Source: Lingula anatina (lineage: Eukaryota > Animalia > Brachiopoda). Taken from it: 64,000 nt of DNA. The stretch's first letter is position 1. Each line of letters opens with the position of its first letter. Position numbers and translations under genes: made by a program. Below, one piece after another: positions 34,436-47,311 of this stretch. Under the pieces are notes generated by a model, which ran no database searches, had not been told where the DNA came from, and was given only the letters and a program-made list of their open reading frames with translations. The stretch covers positions 23,732,225 through 23,796,224 of the forward strand of contig CM120640.1 in NCBI GenBank assembly GCA_051362555.1, given 5' to 3'.

Positions 34436-36261
34436 AGTGTGGTTGTAGGCAGTTATAGGATGTAATTACAAAAAAAAGTTTCAAAACACGAAATACCGGT
34501 TACGTAGGATGGATTCTGCAGTCAAAAGTTAAAAAGAGATAACAGTTAAATAGGGAAACGGATTACGGTGCCAGAGGAAAACCACAACATCCTACATGAA
34601 AAGTCAGCAGTCAATGGAAGAGTTGTTTACATTTGATTGTACAGCAGAATATTCAAGAGCTGTAAATATTTGAACAGAACAGTGCATACATGCACCCTGA
34701 AGGGTTCTAGACAACCTCAACATTTAGTAAAAATGTCATCACTGTTTAGTCCCCCTGACAACTATTTCAGATTCTTCAATCAACAGATAATTTACTATTG
34801 TTCTCCTGTGGTTAATAATTAGATTTTTCCATCATCTCGCCTCTTTCGGGTAGTGAGACAACTATTGGTATAGCATTACCGACAATTATCAAAATATCTA
34901 AAAACTAGCGAACCGGTGTTTAATTGTTAATGCATTACTAATGAACCAAAGAAAGGTCCCATAGGCCATTCAGATTACTAGTGCGTGAGCATCAATAGAA
35001 ATGATGGGGTCTCTCGCTAACTGCAGGAGTATTGACCAAATGCAAGCACTGTTCATCTTAGCTGCCACCTCAGGTGGTGGCGATGACAAGACCTGTGTTC
35101 TTATTCCATAAGGACAGTGACCTGACAGAACTTAAATATCGGAGAACGAACAATAACCCTGATTTTAGCTGTAGTAGATAGAAGAGAGGACGACAGTGAC
35201 ATGAACAGCAAGATTTATCATCAGCACGCCTGAAATCACCTCTGCCACGCGAGGGAAGTTTATCATGATTGATTATTAAAAAGGGGGTTGAAAAAGAGAT
35301 AAGATGAAAAACATCCTAGGTGGGTCTTAAACCTCTTCCCAACAGTCGGTCTTATCAGTGACGAATTTGGATGAATAACATATGAGGCAAGTGTTTCACC
35401 TGCTTCAGCCTACGCATGTAAGGACATCCATTGCCCTCATGATGTCGGACGCCCTGTAGGATGCGTAAGTCGGCGCTCCGTCCACGACAGGGCTTTCTTT
35501 GACATCGTATACCGTCAAAACACCAACACATTTTTATCAATGATTTAAGACATTAAATACTTGATTTAGTCGTATATTGGAGGGAACCATGGGTTCTAGA
35601 AATTCTAAATTGTTCATTACACGACGTCCTGCTTGATTTAGACAGGGAATTATATGGCTGCCTGAACACAGTGGGGAGGGAACGGTGACACGGTATGGCA
35701 ATTGAGTAATAACCCAAATGTTTCACCATTCAAATACGTATCAGGTGCAAACGGGTCACATTCTAGCTTATATTATTTCAATCTTTGTTATAGTTACCGT
35801 GGAGATCAAATCTTCCTCTCGACTCCCTCCCCCCGCCGCCCTGCCCCGTCCTACGTGTGTCTTTGGAAAACACAGTACATGCAAGTGAAACTCACAGCTA
35901 TCAAAAATGAAGCACGCGAGGACTCTTCTTTTAAACACCAACTGGATAGTATTAAATAAAGTGTACGTCGATACAGCGGATACATACATACATATGCTTA
36001 CCATATCTTCAGGTTCAGCGCCAATCACATCTTAAAACACATACGACAACTTACCATAAACAATCCCTTCAACTAAAATGCCCCAAACACGGAGAGCTTC
36101 TCTGTGAGGAATGTCCACCAAGACGCGGCATGCAAGTACACCGGCGCCCGCTGGCTACAATGCTCTCTGCCTGGGAGATTACGCGACACCTCGTGCATGC
36201 GTACAGGTTTAAAATGACGATGCTTGGATACCTGTTGACAGTGATGGAGGAGGCAGGACTT

Positions 36262-36285
36262 GGGGGAGGGGGGGGGGGGGGGGGG
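36262..36285. repeat. Poly-G tract (G-quadruplex-capable)
   Basis: gggggaggg(g)n, 24 nt. Confidence 0.85.
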
Positions 36286-37070
36286 CTCAACTCGATTTCT
36301 TGGGAGCACACCGAGGTCGAGGTCTGCTGAAAGTTAGCTTACTGTTGCTTTCAGGGTATTTGGCAGTGGTTATTATAGGAAACCATTCAGTTGTTCAGAA
36401 TGCATTGTGAAGCCTTTGTCACAGATCTCGTTAGCGTTATATCAAGACAAACTAGGACACGTTGTTAACTTGGGGCTATAAGTGACGCAAAGGTAAACAG
36501 GTAATTTGGTTAGTAGTCAGGTGACAAGTTTTTCGATTTTCTTTTTACCGTATTGAGTGAGTGCATGTACTGAGCGAATGAAAGTGTGTGTGTAGCGCCT
36601 GTACACGTGTGTGTTCACTTGTCTTTTTGTGAGTTTGAAATATCAGCATAGATTGTATTTTTGGACAACCTTTATTGATGTCACTGATGCCCAAAGGCAC
36701 GTCATATTATCTGCTTACCCCCACCCATAAAGTGACATTTAATTGAAATGAAAATAAAAGTAATGCATTTAACTGTGTAGCTTTTAGTCTTCAAAATGTT
36801 TTTTTTTACATTTAATTAGTCGTTTGTAACTCAATAGAAGGATGTTCATTTGGTACTAAAATTACCTCATGGACCCTAAGAACAGTCAGAAATCTTTCTT
36901 TTTCGCTCTTTTACATATTCAGCCTCTTTTTAATGCGTTGAATGGAGCCCTTTGACAAGATCTGAGTTTGGAGGATCCTCTGGAAATTAGATGCAGCCTT
37001 AAATAGTGCTTATAAGTTGAGATTTAGTCTTCAAATTAATGCATGACCCAATCCTCACACATAAAACCGT

Positions 37071-37085
37071 TTTATTCAGTTTATT
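37071..37085 (-). promoter_or_regulatory. Candidate twin polyadenylation signals of DUR3-B
   Basis: Two AATAAA on the minus strand (37071-37076 and 37080-37085), about 830 nt past the stop codon. Confidence 0.35.
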
Positions 37086-37909
37086 CATGTGCCGTAACTT
37101 CTAACACCACAATAAACTGCTACATGACATTCAACAAGAAAGTAGGTAATGGTAGCACAGTCTTACATTCAGCCATAACACCTGTGTAATACACATGTCT
37201 ACATGTAATGAGTGACATTACTTCAAGCACCTTGTGGAAACCTGTCTGCGAATAGAGTGAAAATTACGACCGAATTACATTAGTAAAGGCAGACAGATAT
37301 CTTATCCTTTTTTTTATTATTTCTGTGCAAACATTTTTTGTAATACCTAATTAAATACGTGATTTAAGGGGAATCAGTTTGATTCAGATGACAAACTCCC
37401 ACACTTCCAATTCTCTTTATTATCCCTGTATTAACATATCGCACGCAAAACGGCATACAAAATACTCATGTCTTAAACACGTGTAGTATCGAAAATATTG
37501 TTAAAAAGACGTAAGATTTTATTGGCCATTCAAATTGAGTTCTATTATGAGATATATTTTTGTTGACTGGTCATTCAAAATGGATTCCGTTGCGAGATTT
37601 GATTAAACTATAAAAATTGGAGAAAACATTTAAGGGATATGATAACTATGACTTTAATTGTAAGTATATACAAAATGTTCGTTAGATTCCCAAAATGTTA
37701 GTTAGATTCAAGACTCCCAAGTAGACAATATGTTTTGTGCGTTACACTAAGTTTACCGTATTTAGCACAGAACTTTAGTGTCTGTTTTTTTTCCTTATCA
37801 ATCGCACCAATTCACAAAGGCCCGTCACCGTAAATTCTTCATCAAAACAGATGTTTGTCTAAGTTTTACAGAGATGCACCCTGCATTTTTTTTTTTTTTA
37901 TTATTATTA

Positions 37910-38544
37910 TTAAAATACACTTTCGTTTTCATTTGGTCTTATGGCACGAAGACCGTTCTCTACGTTCCCGTTGGTGGCGTTTGCATCTCTCTTATTGGCC
38001 TTGTGTTGTGCCCATATCCCTTTCACTTCCTGCACAAGAGGGACGACGATGATAAAGGTGGCAGCGATTAACGACCAACCCTGAGAGAGATAGGTCCACC
38101 CTGCAAACAGCTCCTTGCTCAGGACCCGAAGCGCTGCCATTATCCCCGGCCAGATGATCACGAGGACTACAGTGAGGATGACGCCGGTTGAATACGCCGT
38201 GATTTTCGCCGGTCGGAACATCTTAAGAAATTCATCGTGAGATGGCCGATCTCCTTTGCTGCGCCTTGGTATATGTTTGTACAAATGGATCCAGGGATTG
38301 AGCGGGTTGTCGATATTACGAGTTTTCTCCCATTCTGCGATGATGTCTGCTTTTGTGACCCGTCTGTTTGTCAGGAAAGCGACAATGATGCAGGTAATGC
38401 CGCCAGAGCTGATGGAGACGCAATTTCCTACTAGCATGCTGTCCTCTTTGCCGGTGTTGACGATGAAGTTGCCCAGTCCTCCCTCGTGATACGAAGCAGT
38501 TACCAGCCAAGAGGTAATGCCAAGAACACAGCCGACAATAGCAC
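37910..38544 (-). CDS. DUR3: DUR3-B last coding exon (ends ...NESVF*)
   Basis: ccttcag acceptor; stop at 37910-37912. Confidence 0.92.
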
Positions 38545-41500
38545 CTGAAGGTTATTAAAATTACGCAAACCAATGAAACCACAACCTCCTGTAGAGCACA
38601 TCATGTCAAATGACGCATGACGAATCTTTCGATCATGTTGCGATTAATCGCGCAAATACCTGCTTACTAAAATTCATACCACCACCAAACGGATTCATGT
38701 AACGTCTTGCACATCCTTATAATTATTACGAGAGTTTTTCTCTGGTTTTTAGTGAAAATTATGAAAAATACACACATCTAGATGCATTTTAAAGTCAATG
38801 TTCTTTTTACCTGATATCATTCCTGCAGCATTCATCCTAGACCACGTGATAGCCAGACTGATTGGTATAACGACGGAACCAATCAGTACGCCGGTGAACA
38901 GGAAAACCCAGCTGAGGTTCAACTGGACGCCGTCACAGAACAGTATCCATGGGATAGTGATGGCCGAAACCCAAAGAATACACCAATTTTTGTAGTTCAG
39001 CAGTTGGGCCAAGTACTCCCGATACATCCCATGGACTGGACACTTGTTGTATGGTTTGACTCCCAGCTCGTGCTTGCTGCGTGCTGCCTCGGCGTCTTCG
39101 TGACACATCTTACACAGGTTGACAGGAATGCAGGTGCACTCGTTGACCCTGTGCTTTCCACACAGCATACAGTGATCGTCGGGCAAGTCTTTTCTGGAAA
39201 TTTGTTCAAAACGCCGGGTAGTTATCTTGTTTGAACTATACTTTATATTGCACGTACATTACATTTATCGAGAATGTGCTTGCATTTCTTTTATCTAAAA
39301 AACAGGTTAATTAAACTGAATTAAACTGACAACAATCTTAAGCTACTTCATTGCTATGTTTTACAATTTTTTTTAAACAATTAATTTGATTCACCTCATG
39401 ACCACCAAAATGGCATTTATACATGCATACTACTTGAGGGTCAGCTAGCCACCATTTTTGAATGTGTTTAGATTAAAATTTGGTGTGTAAAAAAAGAGGA
39501 AAGAAAACACAGTACAAGCATTGTCTAACCTGAATGGATTAATATACATCTTGTAGATATCGTAGATAATCAGAGATGCTACAGCGATGACTTCTGCGGA
39601 ACCCGTGGACATCACCGCCATCAGAATGAGCAGTAAGATAACGTACTCTCCAGAGGTGCCGAGAAGCTTTTGGGCTACAAGGGGCGGAACCAGGCCTAAA
39701 AAGACATGCCTGTGTTATTGGACAGAGTATATTGAGCATTTGTATTTCATGATAATCAAATACATAATTGCACATAAACTGCACGTAGTTTAAGGCCGCC
39801 CTTCCTGGTTTTCTGAAATATGATGAGATTAAATGTACCTTCTCAATTACTAGATATTGTCAAGTTTGATTTTTTCTATCATTGTCCATGGCTGTTGCTT
39901 AACTTTGATATAAAAAGAAAAGTACAATACGCGTTTTCATTTTAAATAATGATTGTGCTTATTAATGACCAATTCAAACAGAATTTCATAATGCTTTGCA
40001 CAAAAAAAAACCCCTCGGCGTACCTTTGTCCACTTCTATTGGCGACAGCAAGGTGTGGCCGGACTCGGCAGCTAAGGCCAGATAAGCAAGCCCCATGGTT
40101 GTCGCCATGGTCAGTGGTATCGCAAACCAAGTCAACCCTCCAGAAATAAATCCCCAGACTCCCTGAAGAGGCTTGGCTGCAATACTGCTCTGCCAGTAGG
40201 CCTGGTCGCAGAAGACTGTGCCAAAATTCCCGACGATATTAATCACGCCAAACATAAGTCCACCGCTTGAGAAAAAAGTCAAATAACTTCCCTCGGCGTT
40301 TCCCGGTGGCCCATTAATACAGCTCAGCCATTCATACATCTTTGAAGGGCTTCCGATTGGGTTTTTCTCATTGCCGTACGGATTGTAATACACTTCCACG
40401 ACGAGGATTAATACTAATGAAAAGATGAGTGTTGTGTTGAAGTAGGACACGTAGAACGTTGCTCCCAGTCCACCAATGAGCGTGTATCCTCCTACTATCA
40501 ATGCCATGATCATACAGGCCATCTCCATGTTGAGGCCTTGAACTAAACTGGTGAGGACTGCAGTGCCAGACAGCAATAAAGAGGCAGTTACGACCAGATT
40601 GGTAAAGCAAGCAAATACACAGTATGTAATATGTGTAGCCTTTCCAAAACGAGCTTTGATGACCTGTTGATGAAAAAATTGCATTATGTGATCATTCATT
40701 ATAAGTTATTAAGTACGCAGTATACTTGTTAAATATATATCTGGCCTTTTTGACTTTGTCTTCTTAAACTTATGAGCTACATGTACAGTATGTTCCAGTG
40801 GACACTTGCACGCGCCTTACCTGTAGGAATGTTTTAGCACCAGGAGCTTTCGTTTTGAGTTCGATAGAGAGGATGGCGAAAAGAATGATTTGGATTGTAG
40901 CACCCGCAGCATACCAGAATGGTCCGCTGATACCATACTGAAAAACACAGCAATGTAAAAGAAATAACCATTGACTCATCATTATCTCGTAAACAAAGCC
41001 ATGTTGTTTTTCTCGTCATAGTTGCCTAAACAATTTTGCCAACTTCCAAGTAAGGGAATCGGCACTTGAAGTATGTTGAAAGCATAGGCTTGATGTTCCA
41101 CGGAAACCCTTTATTATTTTTTTTACTTTTTAATGGTTTTTTTAAATAATTTTACAGGTTTTCCAATACTAAGTTTGCTTTGCTTTGCTTTGCTTTGCTT
41201 TGCTTATGTAATGCACTTTGTGATTCTTCGTGTACCTATAAACATAGTTACCTTGCTGGCTACAGTAGCTGACTGTAGAAGTGTAGTAGACCAGGTCCAT
41301 TGCGAGACGATAGTCGTGGCAGTAAGTCCAATGGAAACCTGCAATTAAAGATATTGAACAGGTACTTTGCACCAACGACAGTTCCGAGATCTTTCTAAAG
41401 GTTCTGTAGTTTAGGCCAGCGACAAGAGAGATTCCTTTACCCCTAGCCTTAAGTTATATATTTTAATCAAGTTTCTTGATATATAATGTACCTGTATAAG

Positions 41501-42340
41501 AAGTGATGCTGGACATAAAAATTCTCGATCGCGATACAATTTAATCTCGTACAATGCTAAAACTTAGTCAGTCTGGTTTAAATTGCTATCTTAAACTCCA
41601 TAAAACTTACCTCAAAATTATATGTTGAATCAAAGGCGTAAATATCGTGAATGGCACAAAGGGGTTTGCCTAATTAAGTCATTTTAGTTCCCAAAATAGA
41701 CAAAAAAGATAAAAATACAGCTTATCCAAAAATTGAGACTCACTTTTCCACCTGCGTCGAAGGCCGTGTCTAAATTATCTGCATCATGGTATACATATTT
41801 CCTCACAAGATTAAACGCCATGGCAACAAGGACTGCGAATAATCCAAATCCTAGGATGAGCCCCACTGCCTTGCCAAGTTCCACCGTGGGTACAATACCT
41901 TGGCTATGAGACGGAAATTACAACGTACATATATGTGTACATAATGTAGTTTTATGTTATAATTGGCATTGGAGGGTTCTGATGAAAACAATCTATCAAT
42001 TAGTCAGATTCTCATAAAAGAGAAAAAACTTAGAAATCACTGTCACATAGCAATTATTACCAATTGATAAATGAAAAAAATACAGATCAATTAATGAACA
42101 AACGTGCTATTAACGTTAGTCCTTCGTGTCATGAATTCAATCTGTTTTAAAACTATAATTTAACCTGAAATAGTTTTTAACTAAAATCCAGAGCTATTAC
42201 CTTATTGTCCCATTAAAAGTGGTGTTAATGTTACACTCAGCGAATGGGTTACTGCCGTAGAGCTCAGCGCCCCCTGGCGTAAAGAAGATGGACACCACTG
42301 TCACGCCCAGCAGAACGCTGCTGACCAGACGCAAACACAT
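37910..42340 (-). CDS. DUR3: DUR3-like urea transporter, copy B (tandem paralogue), 775 aa
   Basis: Exons 5'->3': 42340-42201, 41903-41744, 41338-41252, 40937-40821, 40663-40024, 39695-39530, 39193-38811, 38544-37910 (2328 nt). Exon lengths and phases are identical to copy A except for the last exon; no frameshift or premature stop seen. Confidence 0.92.
38811..39193 (-). CDS. DUR3: DUR3-B coding exon 7
   Basis: 383 nt with the Cys/His-rich insert. Confidence 0.9.
39530..39695 (-). CDS. DUR3: DUR3-B coding exon 6
   Basis: 166 nt, homologous to 30361-30526. Confidence 0.92.
40024..40663 (-). CDS. DUR3: DUR3-B coding exon 5
   Basis: 640 nt, homologous to 30744-31383. Confidence 0.93.
40821..40937 (-). 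CDS. DUR3: DUR3-B coding exon 4
   Basis: 117 nt, [16 protein letters not shown]. Confidence 0.92.
41252..41338 (-). CDS. DUR3: DUR3-B coding exon 3
   Basis: 87 nt, [12 protein letters not shown] motif. Confidence 0.9.
41744..41903 (-). CDS. DUR3: DUR3-B coding exon 2
   Basis: 160 nt, homologous to 32395-32554. Confidence 0.9.
42201..42340 (-). CDS. DUR3: DUR3-B coding exon 1
   Basis: [46 protein letters not shown]; donor gtaata. Confidence 0.8.
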
Positions 42341-44768
42341 TTCTATGGCTGGTACTCTGCAATAGATCAACATTTTGTCATTTGTTGACTTTGCGTGAAT
42401 GAGATGACGTAATTTCGGGAACATTTTGTTACTGGTAAATGATAACAGAGTACTGTGAATTTTAAATAATAAAGAAATCCAACAAAAATAAAATAAAAAT
42501 GATATCCTGATTTTGTGACTCAATTAGAACTGACGTGTTTCCTGACAGTACTTCGATAGATGAATATCATATGTGACAATTTGCACACACAGTGTAGATG
42601 CACATCAATACTACGCTTAGTTCATAGTAAACAAAAACAGTGAATTTGTAATACAATCCCGGTCAGTTAAACTGAAACACGAAATGCAGCAGCGTCTCTG
42701 TGCACAACAGTGTTACTCAAAAATGTATCAGGTATTAAGCAATTTATATTCCAATATTGTGATAATAAATTTTGACAAGCAATGTCGGTAATACAAACAA
42801 ACCAGTAAAACAGTTAAATTTAACATTCACAACTTGACCCCTTTCACTCTTATGCATTAACCTCGAGAGTTGTCCTATAGATAGATATAATCCTTAACAA
42901 ATAAACATTAAAACTATAATTTTATGATTTTTTAATTCTAACCCTTTACATTTTGGAAAAGTACTCGTGTAGATATTTTACTGAGCAATTTGCCATCTGA
43001 ACAAGTTAAGTTCAAACAATGTGGCACGCTTAGAACAAAGAGCTAGGGAGTTATAATCTTTTTCTTAAAAATATACCTTTAAAATTAAAATAAAATATAA
43101 AATATGTTTACCTCGGTTGCCTGATATTGTTGTCTATCTTGAGTTTGTAAATGTAACCTTAGATGGACACTTTCGACTTGAAAATAAACGGATTATTTGG
43201 AAAGGATTGGAATTGCCTCTACTCTTTAATTTGAAGCCTTGACAACAGATTGATTATTTTTTAATGACCACTTAAATTGGGTCAAGTTCTAGTGGTCAGC
43301 TGGTCACTGGCTGGTGCACACATGTACTCAGATTGGCAAGCCTATGGTCATTTCCGAGGTAAATTGAAACGATACAATATACTGAAGTGATGCTTTCCAT
43401 TTCCATGTAGCTTGAGTGCTTAATATTTATATATCGCAATGGAATTGCAGTTATTATATTTGAAGTTTTCAAAAATATTTCCACTAATATTTCTTCCAAA
43501 CTACCGTATGACTTGATATTTGTTGGCAGCATAAATATCGATTAAAAATTTTGATAGAGAAAAAGAACTGATCCCAGACAGTTTTGTCTTTGAGAGGGAT
43601 ATCAATAGCGTCACTGAGTGTAATGCCAAGATCAGCACTGCTGAGACGATGTACCCCCGAGGATGTTATCATGATGTTACATCACCAACCATAACATAAT
43701 GGCAATTACTTTCAGAGGACAGTTATGGCAGTGATTTTCATGGATCTTCTTCAGTTGAGGTCTCGATGGTTTTTATTTGGAGATGGTGCATCAGACTCAA
43801 AATAGTTTAGCAAAACACAAATCAGCCACAATTAAAAGTCCTAAATCCAAGATGCCCGCAATAAAAATAAGCAATCCATAATATGGTCAAATGGCAGGAA
43901 CTGCATGTCTTCTGTACATGATAAAAAATCAATTTTTGTTCATTTTGCAATAACAATTAGGTTAGTAGTAATAGCAGTTAAACTCATTTAATGGAGGTAA
44001 TGAAGGATTTATGTATAAACTTTCTCTAAAAAGTTTGAAATAGTTACTTGGCTGCATATTCAATAAGTTAATCTATCAGCAGATCCCACGCCAACAGATC
44101 ACCTTTAAACGATTGAATGAAAATTGCGAATGGCGGAATGAATTTTTTAAAATTTCATTTAGTGGTTTCGACGCTTGGTCCTGGCAGACGCAATTCTACC
44201 GAGTTAAAGCAAGGGCTGCATTCACGAACGTCTGCGTTGGTCCAAATCTGGCATTACTACCACAATTGAAACACCCAGGCACATCGGTCTACTTCCTTTA
44301 TTTTCCTCTTCACTGCCATTATATTAATAACGATTTTATGCATTAAAAGAAAACATACCTTTCACCAATGGTATTCATTTAACCAGGTAAAGTTATGGTT
44401 TCTAAAAATTGAAGTCAAAAAGTGCAATTTTCAAAAATAAAACTGGAGGGTGCTGCGATTTTTGTCCAGACAAAGAATCTGCCTATTAAATCACAGCCCT
44501 GACCAAGAGGATTCTAAAACCACTCCACGCTTGTGCAGGCAATCACACTTGTCAAGAACAAATCTTTTTAACGTTACGCAAGAGGGCCAATTTGACATCC
44601 ATTGTTATTTAACCCCCTCCCGTCCATTGTCATTAGACTCCGATACAAGAATTTTATTGCCTCCACCTTTGTCTCTGTTGGTTTGTACACTCTTGCCAAA
44701 AATGATGGAATATTCCAAAAGAAAGTTGCATCTACGATTTCAATAAGTTCAAACTAAGACAAAACATA

Positions 44769-45000
44769 GGGGAGACCCGGGGTTAGTTGACCCCCCCTCC
44801 CCACCCCCATCAATTCTCTTTAATAAAATCACTTTAAGATGCCAAATTATTTCATTTGAACTCACTGCCGACGCTTTCTTAGCACTATTGGATACGGTCA
44901 CTTTACAAATGATGTGATCAATTCTTTTACCCCATAGTTACTTTGTCATAAATTGATGGGTGCCAACTTACCCCGGGATCCAACTAGCCCTGGTCTCTCC
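44769..45000. mobile_element. MITE, Tc1/mariner-pogo type (TA target duplication)
   Basis: Imperfect TIRs GGGGAGACCCGGGGTTAGTTG ... CAACTAGCCCTGGTCTCTCC, flanked by TA at 44767-44768 and 45001-45002; no ORF. Confidence 0.7.
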
Positions 45001-45705
45001 TAATTTACAACCAGCTAATTGGTGTTTTATTATTATTATTATTATTATATGTTCAACGTTCAAATTGCAGTATTTTGGGAGATTTTATTTTTGTTTTGGT
45101 ACATGCTGGTGCTCAAATATAAATTTCTTAAACTACACGTACATGTACCACTAATTTATAGAGAAAAGCAAATGTCATGCTCAAAATCGCAGTGAAAAAA
45201 AGCAATGAAAAAAAGCAGTCACCAAGCACACCTTGGCCCAGATCACGAATCAGAAGCCTGCTTTTGACTGAACCTCTGAATGCTCGGGTTTTGTGCCTTT
45301 TTCGCCACGGTTCCTCAGAATAGATGCTGAATACACTACTGAATACACTTCTCATAGGGTATACGACCCTTCCAGCCTGTAATTTTAGGGGGACGACAAT
45401 TGCTTTGTGCGAGACTCACAGAGATTAAACATTCCTCTTGGGTCACATGGGGCTGCTTTATTGCTTTGTGTGATGCGAATGATTTAAAAGACAGCCTCTC
45501 TAGTGATTCCAACGCAAACAGCACCATCCTTTTGTTTTCGTAAATTGAACGATGTTTATTGGTCAATGCTACAACCAGTTATATCGAAAGTTTTTTGACA
45601 ATAATCACGGAGAACTCTGATATCAAAATTATATCTCTCATTTCTAAAATTTTTCATTATTTTAGAAAGAGGGCAAGTTAACACGTCAGCTTAGCCTTGC
45701 CTAGC

Positions 45706-45856
45706 TTATGGACGGGTCTTTGTAAAATTTACAGGATTGGTCAGAAATGGGCTAACTTAAGACCGTTTAGATTTTGGTGGGGATCCACTAATAAATTCAT
45801 CATAAGAATTAAGTTGCCTGGGCAGAGGTCTTCGCTCCCTTGATGCTTTTCTGGTT
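45706..45856 (+). mobile_element. Degenerate 3' fragment of the Helentron/HINE-like family seen at 52464-52712
   Basis: ttatggacgg...tttggtggggatcc...gcctgggcagaggtcttcgctc...tgcttttctggtt aligns by eye with 52547-52712. Confidence 0.55.
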
Positions 45857-47262
45857 GTCTTCATATTTTTACACAAAATTAAACACCCGTTTTTCTGTTC
45901 CTAATGTAAAACATGTAAAAGATATGCACTGTGTACTTTAACATGTAGTGTTCTTTCCTTTCTTTTGGTGGCGCGCATATTTGAGTACACCTCGTTCACC
46001 TGAAGTATTTCACCTCTCTCCTCTTACCTTCCAAAATTTTCAATGTTAATTGCGTTCTAAAATTCGTTTGAGATTATCTGTATTTATTTCGTAGGCTTTT
46101 CATGACCGAGAAAGCATTTGCTTGATTTATAACGTTATAGTTTGGCTTTGGGACATAAACCCTACAAAAATCTCTGCACAAGGAAGTTACGGGAGGCAAA
46201 GTAGGCGACTGACGAAATATTAGCTTTGATTTACTTACATGCATCACTTCAGGCACTCTCCGACCATAGAGCATATTATGTACTTTCCGTGATTAGCATC
46301 GTATTTATTTCATTTTACTCATACTTGACTTTGTTATGACAAACAGCCCATTTGCTAAATTGTGAAACTAACAGCCTATCTGTTACATTTATATTCTGTG
46401 CTCAAATGGTTAAATATATCAACTGTAATATATAACGCACATTCCGCTACCTATGTTTCTTATTCGCACTCTTCTTTCTGTGACCCGGTACATATTTGAT
46501 GTGATTTATCATGCACAATCAACATATAATATTTCTGTTTGCGCTTTATTTTCTGTGGCTAGAAGCACAGTTGCTGTGATCTTCATGTAAAAATTTGTCA
46601 AATTTTAGGTTCGTACTCTACTGTACTTGAGTGCTACGTGAGATCACCCTTAGTATAACTCATTCGATACAATCCTTTATTATTTTTCATACAATACAAT
46701 ATGCACACATATTGACTAGTTAAAAGAGTTTACAGCACGCGTTTGCTAATACTGTATTGCACATTTGTATATATATATGTGTGTGTGTGTGTGTGTAAGC
46801 GTAAAGCAAATTCACTAAACAATGATAAAGCTACTCGCATTTTTAATCGCCCCCGACCCCCCTTCATCAAAATAGAAATCTAATGATAACGGTACATTTC
46901 TACGTGTGGAATTCTACGATATAGCACGTGAAGACTTGAGGAGCATACCACGGATTTGCACATGTTACCGTATATATATCACATCTTATCATATGTGCTT
47001 TTACATAAAAGTGATGATAATTTGACCGAATTTCGGCCGAGAAAAATCAATTTGTTAACCGAATGCTAATTCATATGGTTTATAAGGTTCGAAGCGCTAG
47101 TTTTAATTGCTTCGAGATTCAGGCTTTGTAAATCACAATTGCCGTTTGTGACTGGAGTATCCGAAACAGCCATTCGAAGTAATCAGTGCCTGTACGAACT
47201 TGACTTTTCGTTGCCGTTCGTGATCATGAACCCCCATGATAACTTAAACTGCGATTTCATGG

Positions 47263-47267
<5 letters not shown>

Positions 47268-47310
<43 letters not shown>
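47268..47310. repeat. (AT)n microsatellite
   Basis: Seen directly. Confidence 0.95.

Positions 47311-47311
<1 letters not shown>

Noticed and set aside
26580-39793. Plus-strand ORFs overlapping the DUR3 exons, repeated in both copies
   Set aside because: Antisense shadows of the real minus-strand coding exons.
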